In this document: piece after piece, positions 49,371 through 60,018 of the stretch
How the letters are laid out: every line of letters begins with the position of its first letter
Numbering within the stretch: position 1 is the first letter of the stretch
Source: an uncultured Gammaproteobacteria bacterium
GTDB lineage: Bacteria > Patescibacteriota > Patescibacteriia > Patescibacteriales > UBA12465
Length of the DNA: 64,000 bases
Direction: 5' to 3'
Assembly: GCA_964616855.1 (NCBI GenBank)
Contig: CAZTUJ010000001.1
Coordinates: forward strand, 451,102 to 515,101
The notes under the pieces: model-generated
Database searches by the model: none
Told to the model about the DNA's origin: nothing
Seen by the model: only the letters and a program-made list of their open reading frames with translations
Program-made: the position numbers and the translations under genes

Positions 49371-50066
49371 TTAATTTTTTAAATCCTTTTTAGCATCGAT
49401 GATGGCCGACTGAATAACTTCAAGAATCAATTTTACCGTCTTAGTGGCATCATCGTTAGCCGGAATCGGATAGTTAGCTAATTCCGGATTAACATTAGTA
49501 TCGCAGATAGCGATGACCGGGATATTCTTCTTACGCGCTTCAGCTACAGCCGTTTCTTCTTCCTTGATGTCCCAGACAAAAACTGCATCCGGCATCTTAG
49601 TTAAAGCAGTCAAACCGCCAACACGTTCGGCCAAGCGTTTGATTTCACGATCAAAGTCTAAACGTTCTTTTTTAGTATATTTTTCTAACTTACCGCTATC
49701 CCGCTTTTCCATTAAATCCTGATATTTTTTCACGGATTTCTTGACCACGGTGAAGTTAGTCAGATAGCCGCCCAGCCATTTGCCGACGATATAGGGTTGG
49801 CCAGTCATTTCCGCCATCTTCTTCATCGGCGCTTTCACTTGACTCTTGGTGCCGACAAACAAAATTAATTTGCCTTCCCGCACTAACTGGGACATGAAAG
49901 TTAAAGCCTCTTCTAACATCTGGCGGCTTTTTTCCAAATCAATCACATAGATGCCGTTTTTGGCAGCAAAAATGTAAGGTTTCATTTTCGGGTGCCAACG
50001 ATGAGTACGATGGCCGAAATGCATACCCGCTTTCAACATTTCTTCTAAACTCGGTAATTTTACCAT
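49371..50066 (-). CDS. rpsB: 30S ribosomal protein S2
   Basis: MLKAGMHFGHRTHRWHPKMKPYIF. Confidence 0.95.
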   Translation of the reverse strand: MVKLPSLEEMLKAGMHFGHRTHRWHPKMKPYIFAAKNGIYVIDLEKSRQMLEEALTFMSQLVREGKLILFVGTKSQVKAPMKKMAEMTGQPYIVGKWLGGYLTNFTVVKKSVKKYQDLMEKRDSGKLEKYTKKERLDFDREIKRLAERVGGLTALTKMPDAVFVWDIKEEETAVAEARKKNIPVIAICDTNVNPELANYPIPANDDATKTVKLILEVIQSAIIDAKKDLKN

Positions 50067-50226
50067 AGATTTTCTTTGTCCCCCGTATAAAAACGAGGCT
50101 TCCGCTCGCTAATTTATATCTTTTGTTTGATATAAACCAAGAAAAATTATGCCAGCGTGACGTGTTAAATTAATAAAAACTTTAATATAAAAAGAGGTGT
50201 ATCCAGAGGGAAAACCTCAACTCCCT

Positions 50227-50256
50227 AATAATAGCCGAAAAAAAAATAGCTGTCAA
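50227..50256 (-). promoter_or_regulatory. Sigma70-type promoter for rpsB-tsf with about 170-nt leader
   Basis: Minus strand reads TTGACA-17 nt-TATTAT. Confidence 0.45.
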
Positions 50257-50294
50257 GCTTAAATTTAAAAATTTATTACCTAATAATAAATAAA

Positions 50295-51788
50295 TTATTG
50301 CTGATAAAACTGCCGATAACGGGCATTAAAGGACTGAACGGCGACATTATAAGCCACGACCGCCTGCTCGTAATTAGTGGCTTGGACCTGGTAAGCCGCC
50401 ACCGCTTGATTATAAATAGGCACCTGCTGATTATAATTCTCATAGTCACCGCTGTTTTTATAGGCAAGTAAAGTGCTTTCTTGCTGTTTAAGCTGCTGAT
50501 AGGAAACATCCAGCGCCGCCTGCTGGACATCTAGTGCCACTTTTTTAGCATCTAAGTTTTGATGATCAGACTTAATGCCCGCCGCCTCCGCTTTAACAAT
50601 CGCTACCCCCTGATAAAGCTTACCCTGACTTTTTTGCTTAATCTCTAAACTCCCCAAACGATCAGCATTGAAGAGATTCTCAACATTGTCAGCACTATTG
50701 GCCGCTTGGCCGTTAGTTATAGTGGGTGGCACCACGCCAATTGGAAAATAATTGGTAGTTTCAATATAGCAATAGCCGGAACCAGCCAAAGAATCGGCGA
50801 GCGGACAAGCAATACCCGCGGCCGAATGATTACTTTCCGGGAAATCTAAAATGGCCGCCCCATAGCCCAAGCTCCGCAACCAGAGCACGGCCAAAAAAGT
50901 CTTATCCGCGCAAACACCTTTCTGTAAATACAAGGTTTCAAAGGGATAATAAGGAACATTATTGCCAGCCGCAATTTTTTCATGATCATAGGGCAAATAT
51001 TGAATAAAGGCCATGATAAAGGCGGCGGAATCATCAGCACTGAAAGCCGAATCGGCGGCTCGCCGCCGCAAAGTGGTAAGGATGCCATTAGTCTGGTTAT
51101 CATCACTTCTCAATTTTAAAAACAAACCATAAAAAGAATCGCGGATATCGGCTGGCTCCTGACCCTCATAGTAACTATAAACTTTAGGGCTTTGTTGATA
51201 GGACTGATAAAGACTAGCACTAAGATTGGCGCCCAAAGTATAATCTTTATTCTGATAACGCCAAGTATAATTTTTATTGGTTGCCGGCACAACTGGGGTC
51301 GGGCTCGGGGCTGGAGCGATGGTGGCCGCTGGAAGTAAGGACAAATTCTGATTACTAATACCGAGACCAAAGCGACGCATCAGCGCAAAAGCATCAGCCG
51401 GACGACCAAGATAATGTAAGCGGCCATCATCAGGATGGACATAATAAGCCTCGCCGGAGGCCTGCACTCGTAAAATAATTCTCCCCTTTAAATTTAAGGC
51501 TCCACTTTTAACAAAACGCTGATAGTCAGTTTCGTTTATGCCCAGACCTAATTGGCGCATGAGGGCGAACGCATCAGCCGGACGACCCAGATAATAACGC
51601 TTTAAATCAAGGGGGTTTACATACCAAGCCTCACCTTGGGCTTCTACCTGCAATAAAATCTTGCCCGACAAACGGGTCGCTAAAGATTCAGCCTGAACAA
51701 AAGAAAAAGGCCAGAGAGACACAAGGATTCCCGTAAGCAGATAGAAAGTGATAAAACGCTGGCGCTGAAAAAACATAGAACTATTCAA
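50295..51788 (-). CDS. Secreted protein with two N-terminal tandem repeats (about 65 aa), possible transglutaminase-like core, and Q/Y-rich coiled-coil tail
   Basis: Signal peptide; repeats ...YYLGRPADAFALMRQLGLGI... x2; GVCADKTF...SNHSA candidate Cys/His. Confidence 0.45.
   Translation of the reverse strand: MNSSMFFQRQRFITFYLLTGILVSLWPFSFVQAESLATRLSGKILLQVEAQGEAWYVNPLDLKRYYLGRPADAFALMRQLGLGINETDYQRFVKSGALNLKGRIILRVQASGEAYYVHPDDGRLHYLGRPADAFALMRRFGLGISNQNLSLLPAATIAPAPSPTPVVPATNKNYTWRYQNKDYTLGANLSASLYQSYQQSPKVYSYYEGQEPADIRDSFYGLFLKLRSDDNQTNGILTTLRRRAADSAFSADDSAAFIMAFIQYLPYDHEKIAAGNNVPYYPFETLYLQKGVCADKTFLAVLWLRSLGYGAAILDFPESNHSAAGIACPLADSLAGSGYCYIETTNYFPIGVVPPTITNGQAANSADNVENLFNADRLGSLEIKQKSQGKLYQGVAIVKAEAAGIKSDHQNLDAKKVALDVQQAALDVSYQQLKQQESTLLAYKNSGDYENYNQQVPIYNQAVAAYQVQATNYEQAVVAYNVAVQSFNARYRQFYQQ
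51310..51690. repeat. Intragenic tandem direct repeat (2 x about 190 bp)
   Basis: GCGCATGAGGGCGAACGCATCAGCCGGACGACCCAGATAAT / GCGACGCATCAGCGCAAAAGCATCAGCCGGACGACCAAGATAAT. Confidence 0.5.
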
Positions 51789-52452
51789 CTAAAGTAATAA
51801 AAATATCTTCAAGAGGGGGGTTAGGCAAATGATTAACATCATTGATAAAACCAATTTTGACATAACCATCACCATCAATCACCAACTTACTAATTGAAGC
51901 TTGATAAATTTCTAAAGATAAAAAACCTAAAACATCGGCGTTAATGATGCCAGTTAAAAAAGTTTTAATAATGTTGCCGTGACAGAATAAAGCAATACTT
52001 TTACCACGATGCTGAGCAAAAATATCCGCTAAAAAGCGGCGCGTCTGGGCCTGTTTTTTATCTAGCTGGCGATCAAGCTCACGATATCCCGGTAAATACT
52101 GTCTCCGTCTTTCCTCAGAGGTCCGGAAATAGCGTACCCGATACCAATCCTTCCAATCAATTTCATCTAGACGCTCATCTACCTTTACTTTCAAACGAGG
52201 AAGATTGGCAAACACAGCGGCCGTTTCCTGCGCCCGCGCCAAGGAGCTGGCGTAGACAATATCAGGAGATAGGGCCTGAAGACGTTTCGCTAAAAATTTA
52301 GCCTGCCTCTTCCCTTCGGCTGATAAAGGCATCAAACAATCACCCAATTTTTTTTCTAGGCGATAATCAGGATTAGCATGACGGATAAGATAGACAACCG
52401 TGTAAGGCTTCCGCGTTTTCGGTTGAAGACGGGAATAGGGATTTTTTTTCAT
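51781..52452 (-). CDS. Histidine phosphatase (phosphoglycerate-mutase-like) family protein
   Basis: VYLIRHANPD (RHG-type motif) and LFCHGN; start set at MKKNPY. Confidence 0.6.
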   Translation of the reverse strand: MKKNPYSRLQPKTRKPYTVVYLIRHANPDYRLEKKLGDCLMPLSAEGKRQAKFLAKRLQALSPDIVYASSLARAQETAAVFANLPRLKVKVDERLDEIDWKDWYRVRYFRTSEERRRQYLPGYRELDRQLDKKQAQTRRFLADIFAQHRGKSIALFCHGNIIKTFLTGIINADVLGFLSLEIYQASISKLVIDGDGYVKIGFINDVNHLPNPPLEDIFITLVE

Positions 52453-52459
52453 AATGATT

Positions 52460-53056
52460 TTAGAGACCAGCGTTTTTAGCCGCAAACTGCCAATTCAAGA
52501 TATTTGCCAAAACTGCAGCCACGAAATCAGCTCGGCGATTTTGGTAGTCTAAATAATAAGAATGTTCCCAAACATCTAAAGCCAACAAGGGGGTAACGCC
52601 ATGTAAAAAAGCCGTATCGGCATTGGCGGTTTTCATAATCTTTAATTTTCCTTCTGCCAACACTAGCCAGGCCCAACCGCTACCAAACTGACTCAAGGCC
52701 ACTGCCTTAAATTCCTCCAACATTTTTTCAAGGGAGCTAAAGTCACGTTCAATTAAAGACATCAACGCTGCGGGAATTGCCATCGGCTCCAGTGCTGGGC
52801 GCAAACTCTGCCAAAAAATATCATGATTATGAACTTGAGCGGCATTATTAAAGATGGCTGCCATTTCCGCCTGATTAGCACTCGCCTTAATTATTTCTTC
52901 TAAAGACCGCTCAGCCAAGTCAGTCTCAGCTATTAATTTATTAAGATTATCGATGTAAGTCTGATGATGCTTGCCGTGGTGGAACTCCAGCGTACGGGCA
53001 GAAATATGCGGCTCTAAGGCTTCAATTTTATAAGGTAATGGTTTTAAAGAAAACAT
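52460..53056 (-). CDS. sodA: Fe/Mn superoxide dismutase
   Basis: LEFHHGKHHQTY, DVWEHSYYLDYQNRR. Confidence 0.95.
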   Translation of the reverse strand: MFSLKPLPYKIEALEPHISARTLEFHHGKHHQTYIDNLNKLIAETDLAERSLEEIIKASANQAEMAAIFNNAAQVHNHDIFWQSLRPALEPMAIPAALMSLIERDFSSLEKMLEEFKAVALSQFGSGWAWLVLAEGKLKIMKTANADTAFLHGVTPLLALDVWEHSYYLDYQNRRADFVAAVLANILNWQFAAKNAGL

Positions 53057-53261
53057 ATTTTTAATAAAAATTAATTATAAAGTTGCTTTTATTATAACAA
53101 AAAAATAACAATCCGCCTAATACCTAAAAAATAGGCTTTTTAGCAATATTTTTATTTAATATTAGTATAATTAAACTAAAATTAGGCTATTATTGACATA
53201 AACAAAATAATATGACACAATAGTAGCACCTAGTTAATTAAAAACAGCAAAAAAAAGGACC

Positions 53262-54173
53262 ATGGAAACCGTGATAAAATTTTATCCTGGCGAAGCCAGC
53301 AATGTCTTCGCCTTAGCCGCTGCTTTAAAAGCGGGCTATAAAATTATTCCGGTTCCATCAATGATGGAAATCTGGTCCGGCGAAGTAGAAAAAAGTTTTT
53401 CCGAAAAAACAAACAATTCGGAAGAAATTCTTCTCTTAGATATTTATGCGGATAATCCCAATTTTCCGGATTTAGATATTTATCTAAAGATGCAAGGACC
53501 AAAAATCAAGGGCATAACTAATACCCAAGATCTCCAAAGCATGAGCCTCAGCTCCACAAAATACCAAGGAATTTATAGATTCCTTAATTATTTTGCCGGA
53601 CAAATGGCTGCTGACGCCCGCGATTTAAGGCGAGAACAAACCTGGCTGCACAACAAAGTGGCTGAACGTTACGGACGTGCTCTCAGAGCCGCCACCATCA
53701 AAGCCTACAATACAGCTAACAAGTCATTCTATGGGCAAGCCCTAATAGATTGTGCTCTGGAAATTGCCAGTAAAAAAAGGAATTCCCAGGTCGATGACCT
53801 TGTTAACGGCTATTTAAAAGGCAAAAACGAAGACTTAGCAACCGCTAAAGCTAAATTTAGCACTAGTGGCCACCCCTTCGTTCTCCCCAGCAGAACCGTC
53901 GCCTTTGCCTATCTGGATAATATTTCCGGATGGCTAGACCTCTACACCCTTGGCCAAGAAATTCGCCGACTATATCCTTATCTCGCGATAATTCAATATC
54001 GCAAGAACAACAAAGAATATAATTGGATAATTTCTGACGGACAAGTAAATGTCCGCCAACTCCTCAACTTAGGGCACCTCGAAGGAGACGCCTATCAAGT
54101 ACTGATAAAATTGCCACACAAAGTGGCCACCAAAAAATTTAGTCGGGAAATTTCCGACTTGAACAACCGATAA
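53262..54173 (+). CDS. Hypothetical protein
   Basis: 303-aa ORF, AT-rich promoter region upstream, strong terminator downstream; no motif recognised. Confidence 0.4.
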   Translation: METVIKFYPGEASNVFALAAALKAGYKIIPVPSMMEIWSGEVEKSFSEKTNNSEEILLLDIYADNPNFPDLDIYLKMQGPKIKGITNTQDLQSMSLSSTKYQGIYRFLNYFAGQMAADARDLRREQTWLHNKVAERYGRALRAATIKAYNTANKSFYGQALIDCALEIASKKRNSQVDDLVNGYLKGKNEDLATAKAKFSTSGHPFVLPSRTVAFAYLDNISGWLDLYTLGQEIRRLYPYLAIIQYRKNNKEYNWIISDGQVNVRQLLNLGHLEGDAYQVLIKLPHKVATKKFSREISDLNNR

Positions 54174-54174
54174 G

Positions 54175-54208
54175 AAAACCGCTGTCTTCACAAGAAAAGC
54201 GGTTTTTT
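54175..54208. terminator. Bidirectional rho-independent terminator
   Basis: AAAACCGCT-loop-AGCGGTTTTTT. Confidence 0.65.
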
Positions 54209-54219
54209 CTTGGCTTTAT

Positions 54220-55230
54220 TTATTTTTTACGCTTGCCCGCCAGCTGCCCGCAGGCAGCAACGATTCCCCGTCCCTGGCTGTGGCGCTGAGTGACGGCCAC
54301 GCCCGCGGCTTCCAGCTTTTCCTTAAAAGCTTCAATCCTGGCCGGTGAAGAGGCTTGAAATTTACCCGTAGGATTATAGGGAATTAGATTGAGCAAATAT
54401 AAAGGTTTTTTCATTAAAGGAATTAAAGCCTCGGCATCATCCTCGCCGTCGTTAATATTGCGAATCATAATATATTCAAACATTACCCGCCGACCGGTCT
54501 TGCGGATATATTCATCGGCGGCCTTAAAGAGGCTGGCTAAAGGATACTTCTGCGCCACCGGCATTAATTGCTGACGCAAAGAATCAAAAGGAGCGTGCAG
54601 AGAAATGGCTAAATTAATCTGTAGTTTTTCTGAACCCAATTTTTTAATGCCCTCCACAATCCCGGCAGTGGAAACTGACATCCGTCGGGAGCCGAGATTA
54701 AACTTTTCCGGATCATGCAAAATTTTCACGGCTTTAATAAACTGCTCATAATTTAAAAAGGGCTCGCCCATACCCATAAAGACAACATTATCTATTTTCT
54801 CTCCCTGTGATTCCAACTTCAAACGTCTAGACCAGAAAATAAATTGCTGGACAATTTCCTCGGCACTCAAGTTACGGCTAAAACCACCTTCACCGGTAGC
54901 ACAAAAAACACAACCCAAAGGACAACCTGCCTGAGAAGAAAGGCAAATAGTGTGACGACCATCGCGATTACGCATCAACACTGTTTCCACGGAGACGCCA
55001 TCACTAAAAGTAATCAGGGCTTTTTCGCTATAAGCCGCGCCCGAATCCTGTAGTATTTCGGCTTTAATATCCAGCGGACAATCTTGATTTAAACGCTCCC
55101 GTAAAGACAAAGGCAAGACACTCGCCTGACTCCAGTTGCTAATCATATCTTGATACAGTGCTTGGTAGGCCTGGCGAAAACGAAACTTCGGCTCTGTCTG
55201 CAAAATGCCAGATAATTTAGATAAATCCAT
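54220..55230 (-). CDS. rlmN: Radical-SAM 23S rRNA/tRNA adenine C2-methyltransferase
   Basis: CLSSQAGCPLGCVFCATG, GMGEP. Confidence 0.85.
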   Translation of the reverse strand: MDLSKLSGILQTEPKFRFRQAYQALYQDMISNWSQASVLPLSLRERLNQDCPLDIKAEILQDSGAAYSEKALITFSDGVSVETVLMRNRDGRHTICLSSQAGCPLGCVFCATGEGGFSRNLSAEEIVQQFIFWSRRLKLESQGEKIDNVVFMGMGEPFLNYEQFIKAVKILHDPEKFNLGSRRMSVSTAGIVEGIKKLGSEKLQINLAISLHAPFDSLRQQLMPVAQKYPLASLFKAADEYIRKTGRRVMFEYIMIRNINDGEDDAEALIPLMKKPLYLLNLIPYNPTGKFQASSPARIEAFKEKLEAAGVAVTQRHSQGRGIVAACGQLAGKRKK

Positions 55231-55234
55231 ATAA

Positions 55235-56347
55235 TTAAGATTTTAATAGTTTTAAGACGACAATCTCTGAGCGACTGCCTAAACGTAAAGGTGGCCCCCA
55301 AGTACCGGCGCCAACAGTAACAGAAATAACGAAATTATGCAAACGATGGAGACCGCTACCAAAACCGCGATAGAGCAAATGGGCTAAAAGATTAAAGGGA
55401 AATAATTGGCCGCCATGAGTATGTCCTGATAGCTGCAAATTAATACCAGCGGTACGGGCGGCGCCAATGTCTTTAGGTTCGTGGTACATAAGAATGCTCG
55501 GCTTAGAAGAGTCATACCCGACTTGAGATAAAATTTTTCCTTTAACATCCAAACGCCCTTCGTAATAACAAGTTAGCCCTAAAATCTGTAAACCATTATT
55601 TTCCAGCATTTCATTATCCAAAATTTTAATATTAGAATCAGTCAACAAAGAACGCACCTTCCCCGCCCCCAAAATTAAATCATGATTACCAAAGGCATAG
55701 AATACACCTAAGGGCGCAAAAAATTTGCGATGACGGAACCAAGAAAAATCTCCATCCATGCCGTCGAAGAGATCGCCGGTTATAAAAATAGCATCCGCTC
55801 CTAAATTATTAACCTTTTGGACTAAGCCATCAAAAAAACGCTGGCGCCAAACCGGACCAAGATGGATATCGGAAATATGAATAATCTTCCGCCCAATCCA
55901 AAAATCAGGCAGATCTTGGATGGAAACGGAGCGATACCTAACTTTATGAGATTGAGCCCACCAGGCCTCTGGCAATAACAATAATAGTGGCAATAGACTA
56001 ATAATAAGAGTACGTCCGCCAGCTCCCCAAGATTCCAAAGAGTAGAGATTAGTAAAATCAAGCAGCCAAAAAAAGGCCGCCACCAGTGCCGTATTTAACA
56101 TTAAACCTAGCCAAAGACCGACAACCAAATAAAGAGAGCGGCTCAAAATATTATCATGCCAATGAACAAGCAGGGGTGCCAGCGCCGTTAAAAATACCCA
56201 GAAAAGAAGAATAATGGCCGCCGCTCCTTGCAGATAAACATCACTAAAGCCGAAGAAGTAACGCCAAATCAGAAACATTAAAAAATGCCCAGCCAAATCA
56301 ACAACAATATTTAAAACAAAGAAAACATATTTCATAGAGACTAACAA
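55235..56347 (-). CDS. Membrane-anchored calcineurin-like metallophosphoesterase
   Basis: Three to four N-terminal TM; ISDIH, GDLFDG, GNHD, GHTHGGQ. Confidence 0.75.
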   Translation of the reverse strand: MLVSMKYVFFVLNIVVDLAGHFLMFLIWRYFFGFSDVYLQGAAAIILLFWVFLTALAPLLVHWHDNILSRSLYLVVGLWLGLMLNTALVAAFFWLLDFTNLYSLESWGAGGRTLIISLLPLLLLLPEAWWAQSHKVRYRSVSIQDLPDFWIGRKIIHISDIHLGPVWRQRFFDGLVQKVNNLGADAIFITGDLFDGMDGDFSWFRHRKFFAPLGVFYAFGNHDLILGAGKVRSLLTDSNIKILDNEMLENNGLQILGLTCYYEGRLDVKGKILSQVGYDSSKPSILMYHEPKDIGAARTAGINLQLSGHTHGGQLFPFNLLAHLLYRGFGSGLHRLHNFVISVTVGAGTWGPPLRLGSRSEIVVLKLLKS

Positions 56348-56373
56348 GAGACGCCCTTGCGGGCGTCCTTTGA

Positions 56374-57663
56374 TTATTTACCGGCAAAAGGGAAAGAATA
56401 ATATGTAGCCTGATCCCCTAATTCCGCGGCAATCGCTAATAAACGATTATATTTAGAAGTGCGTTCGCTCCGACAAGGAGCGCCCGTCTTAATCTGTCCT
56501 GTACCCATAGCCACGACGAAATCAGCAATAAAGGTATCTTCTGTTTCTCCACTACGGTGAGAAACCACGGCTGTCATCCCATTTTTTCGGGCCAGATCAA
56601 TAGCCGCCACAGTTTCCGTAATCGTACCAATTTGATTAAGTTTAATTAAAATAGAATTACTACTCTTTTCAGCAATTCCCCGCTCCAAACGGGTAACGTT
56701 AGTAACATAGAGATCATCACCAACAACCTGACACAAGGGGGAGAAGGCCGCGGTAAACTGTTGAAAGCCCGCCCAATCATCTTCAGCTAAAACGTCCTCA
56801 AAAGAAACTAAAGAATGACGAGCACTTAAATCCTGATAAAAAGCAATTAGCTCGCCGCTAGACAACTTCTTTCCTTCTTTTTTGAGATTATAAACACCAT
56901 CCTGATAAAACTCCGTAGCCGCCGCATCGATACCAAAAACAAGTTCTTCGCCCAGACCATAGCCAGCGGCCACTGCCGCTTCAGCTAATACCACGAAGGG
57001 CTCTTCATTATCCTTAAAGGCTGGAGCAAAACCGCCTTCATCGCCAACACTGATGGCATAATTTTTGGTCTTTAAAATCTTCTTCAAAGACTGATAGACC
57101 TCCGCACACATTCTCACGGCGCCAGCAAAACTTTTAGCACCCACCGGCATAATCATATATTCCTGAATATCAGTCGCCCAGTCAGCGTGTTTACCGCCGT
57201 TAAGAACATTCATCATCGGTACGGGTAATAAATATTTACCAGTAAACTCAGAATTAAATTTACTAAGATATTGATAAAGAGGCTGACCTAAGGAAGCGGC
57301 AGCGGCACGACTGCAAGCTAAAGAAACGGCCAAGATAGCGTTAGCACCAAGCTTTGATTTATTATCAGTGCCATCGAGCGTAATCATAGTGGCATCAATC
57401 TGTGCCTGATCGCTGGCATCCATCCCAATTAAAGCGGGAGCAATAATATCTTTAATATTAGAAAGGGCTTTTAAAACACCGGCACCATGATAGCGAGAGC
57501 TATCATCATCCCTTAACTCCACCGCTTCATAGCTACCAGTAGAAGCGCCCGAAGGAACAGCCGCCTCGCCCTTAAAACCGTTCTCTAAGGAAACACAGGC
57601 GGAAACAGTGGGGTTACCCCGGGAATCAAGGATTTCTAAAGCTTTAATGCTAACAATTTTCAT
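56374..57663 (-). CDS. eno: Enolase
   Basis: [11 protein letters not shown]...[15 protein letters not shown]. Confidence 0.95.
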   Translation of the reverse strand: MKIVSIKALEILDSRGNPTVSACVSLENGFKGEAAVPSGASTGSYEAVELRDDDSSRYHGAGVLKALSNIKDIIAPALIGMDASDQAQIDATMITLDGTDNKSKLGANAILAVSLACSRAAAASLGQPLYQYLSKFNSEFTGKYLLPVPMMNVLNGGKHADWATDIQEYMIMPVGAKSFAGAVRMCAEVYQSLKKILKTKNYAISVGDEGGFAPAFKDNEEPFVVLAEAAVAAGYGLGEELVFGIDAAATEFYQDGVYNLKKEGKKLSSGELIAFYQDLSARHSLVSFEDVLAEDDWAGFQQFTAAFSPLCQVVGDDLYVTNVTRLERGIAEKSSNSILIKLNQIGTITETVAAIDLARKNGMTAVVSHRSGETEDTFIADFVVAMGTGQIKTGAPCRSERTSKYNRLLAIAAELGDQATYYSFPFAGK

Positions 57664-57701
57664 ATAAATATAGATTTAAAAATTTATAAACTTGAGAGAA
57701 A

Positions 57702-58745
57702 CTAATGAATAACATTGGCTTTATAAATATTTTTCTCGGCCCGTTCAATCACTTTTTTCAAAAGCTGAACCGCTTCTAAAGGATAATCACCAACGGTAGT
57801 TTCATCGGAAAGCATCACCATATCGGCACCATCAAAAACGGCATTAGCAATATCGGAAATTTCCGCCCTAGTTGGATGGGGATTTTTAATCATTGAAGTC
57901 ATTACTTGAGTGGCAATGATAGCTGGTCGGTCATGCCAATGGGCATGACGAACTAAATTTTTCTGGATGATCGGTAAATCTTCAATTGGCACTTCGATGC
58001 CTAAATCTCCCCTGGCCACCATAATGGCGTCCGAAGCAGAGATAATACGATCAATATTTTTTAGTGCAATTCCCCGCTCAATCTTAGAAATAATTTTAAC
58101 CTTACTCTTCTTACCTAAAATTTTACGCAGACGCATGACATCGTTGGCGGTCTGCACAAAAGACAAGGCAATGTAATCCATGCCCGCTTTAATACCAAAT
58201 TTTGCATCTTTCACATCTTTAGCGGTCATACCGCCCTTCTTAATGTTAGTATCGGGTACATTGATGCCTTTACGGGAGCTGAGGACTCCACCATTAACAA
58301 CCGTAGCATTAATTACTTTATTTTTTATAGAAGTGACTTTCAATTCAATGGCGCCATTACACAAAAACAACATCTCTCCCTTCTTAATATCTTTATATAA
58401 GTCGGGGCTGTCAATCGGAACTAAGTCCCCCTTTTTGACATAAGCTTTCTTGGAATAGACAAAAGAATAATTTTCTTCTGCCTTCATCACAATGCCGCCG
58501 TCCGGCATCTGGCCGACGCGGATGCGAGGGCCCTGAAGATCTAACATAATGCTAGCCTTACGTTCAGACTCAGCATTAAAACGATTAACAATTTTTTGGA
58601 TGCGCTTATATTGATCATAGGTAGCGTGCGAAAAATTTACCCGGACAATATCAACCCCCGCCGCCAACAAAGCGCCCAGTTCTTTCTGAGAGTCACTTTT
58701 CGGACCAATAGTAGCAATGATTTTAGTTAACATAGATAAGAGCAA
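57702..58745 (-). CDS. pyk: Pyruvate kinase, short form lacking the C-terminal effector domain
   Basis: TKIIATIGP, DLQGPRIR, MVARGDLGIE. Confidence 0.9.
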   Translation of the reverse strand: MLLSMLTKIIATIGPKSDSQKELGALLAAGVDIVRVNFSHATYDQYKRIQKIVNRFNAESERKASIMLDLQGPRIRVGQMPDGGIVMKAEENYSFVYSKKAYVKKGDLVPIDSPDLYKDIKKGEMLFLCNGAIELKVTSIKNKVINATVVNGGVLSSRKGINVPDTNIKKGGMTAKDVKDAKFGIKAGMDYIALSFVQTANDVMRLRKILGKKSKVKIISKIERGIALKNIDRIISASDAIMVARGDLGIEVPIEDLPIIQKNLVRHAHWHDRPAIIATQVMTSMIKNPHPTRAEISDIANAVFDGADMVMLSDETTVGDYPLEAVQLLKKVIERAEKNIYKANVIH

Positions 58746-58863
58746 AATAAAAACGACCGTAAAACAAGCGTTCGCTTTCCTTGCTTGATTCTTAATTAAA
58801 TATCCTTAGAAACAGAGATATTATAGAACAAAAATCTAAAAATTAAAAGACTAAGCTCTTTCC

Positions 58864-60015
58864 CTAAATCTTTCTTAATTCTCTCATTAAACGGTTATAA
58901 AATTCCAAATTATTCAAACTAGCCAGTTGTTGCCCTAAAGGCTCTTTTAAGCGGAAAAGGTGGTGTAAAAAAGCTTTAGTATAAAGGCGTAACTCTGGCA
59001 AAGAGCTATCGGGATTAATTGGAGAGAAATCACGGGCAAAAGCGGCATTGCTAATATTTTTAGTAGAATAAAAATCTGGGTATTTATGTAAGGGCCCGGC
59101 AGTCTTAGAGATTTTTTTAAAACCCTTAAAATTTTTCTTAAAAGTAAATAAACGACCATGTCTACCTTCCCTGGTTGGAATGACACAATCAAACATATCC
59201 CAACCCATTAAGTAGCAACGATAAATATCTTCAGGCATACCCACGCCCAGGGCAAAACGCAAAGAATTTTCGGGAATAAAGGAGGCGGTCTTATACAAAG
59301 TGTCCGCTAGAAAATTACCATCTTTATCTACGGGACGAGCGCCAAAGCCATAACCGTCAAAACCAATTTTAACTAAGGCCTGAGCGCAATCACGGCGCAA
59401 ATCTTCATAATCGCCACCCTGGACAACCGCAAATAATAAAGGACGTTCTGATTCCTTAATTTTCCTCTTCTTTAGCTGTTTTAAATACTCTTGTTTACAG
59501 CGCAATGCCCAGTCTAAACTGCGTCTGACAGCGATGCTTAAATCAGCACGGGGCCAATCGTTGGGCGGACAGTCATCAAGACAAACCATCATATCCACAC
59601 CTAAATCAAATTGTATTTGAATAGATTTTTCCGGGCTGAGTTCATGCTTCGAGCCATCAAGTGGCGATTTAAAAAAAACTTTTTCATCATCAATCTTACC
59701 CAAGCTCTGAGCGCGATGAATTAAGGAAAAGACTTGAAAACCACCGGAATCCGCTAAAAGCGGCCGAGACCAATCCATGAAGTCGTGAACACCGCCGGCG
59801 CGCTTAATAATCTCTTGCCCCGGTTGGAGATAAAGATGGAAGGTGTTAACTACCATCGCTTCTGTGCCCGCTCTTTTTACCGCAGCGCCAGTATTGCCTT
59901 TAACAAAGGCCCTAGTGGCATCCGGCATGAAAAAAGGAGTATTTAAGGGGCCGTGGGCAGTTGTAATCCGACCCAGGCGGACCGGTTGTTTTTTTTGTAA
60001 TTTAAATCCAGACAT
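58864..60015 (-). CDS. tgt: Queuine tRNA-ribosyltransferase
   Basis: PFFMPDAT, LLADSGGFQ, Zn site C-x-C-x2-C...H. Confidence 0.9.
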   Translation of the reverse strand: MSGFKLQKKQPVRLGRITTAHGPLNTPFFMPDATRAFVKGNTGAAVKRAGTEAMVVNTFHLYLQPGQEIIKRAGGVHDFMDWSRPLLADSGGFQVFSLIHRAQSLGKIDDEKVFFKSPLDGSKHELSPEKSIQIQFDLGVDMMVCLDDCPPNDWPRADLSIAVRRSLDWALRCKQEYLKQLKKRKIKESERPLLFAVVQGGDYEDLRRDCAQALVKIGFDGYGFGARPVDKDGNFLADTLYKTASFIPENSLRFALGVGMPEDIYRCYLMGWDMFDCVIPTREGRHGRLFTFKKNFKGFKKISKTAGPLHKYPDFYSTKNISNAAFARDFSPINPDSSLPELRLYTKAFLHHLFRLKEPLGQQLASLNNLEFYNRLMRELRKI

Positions 60016-60018
60016 AAT

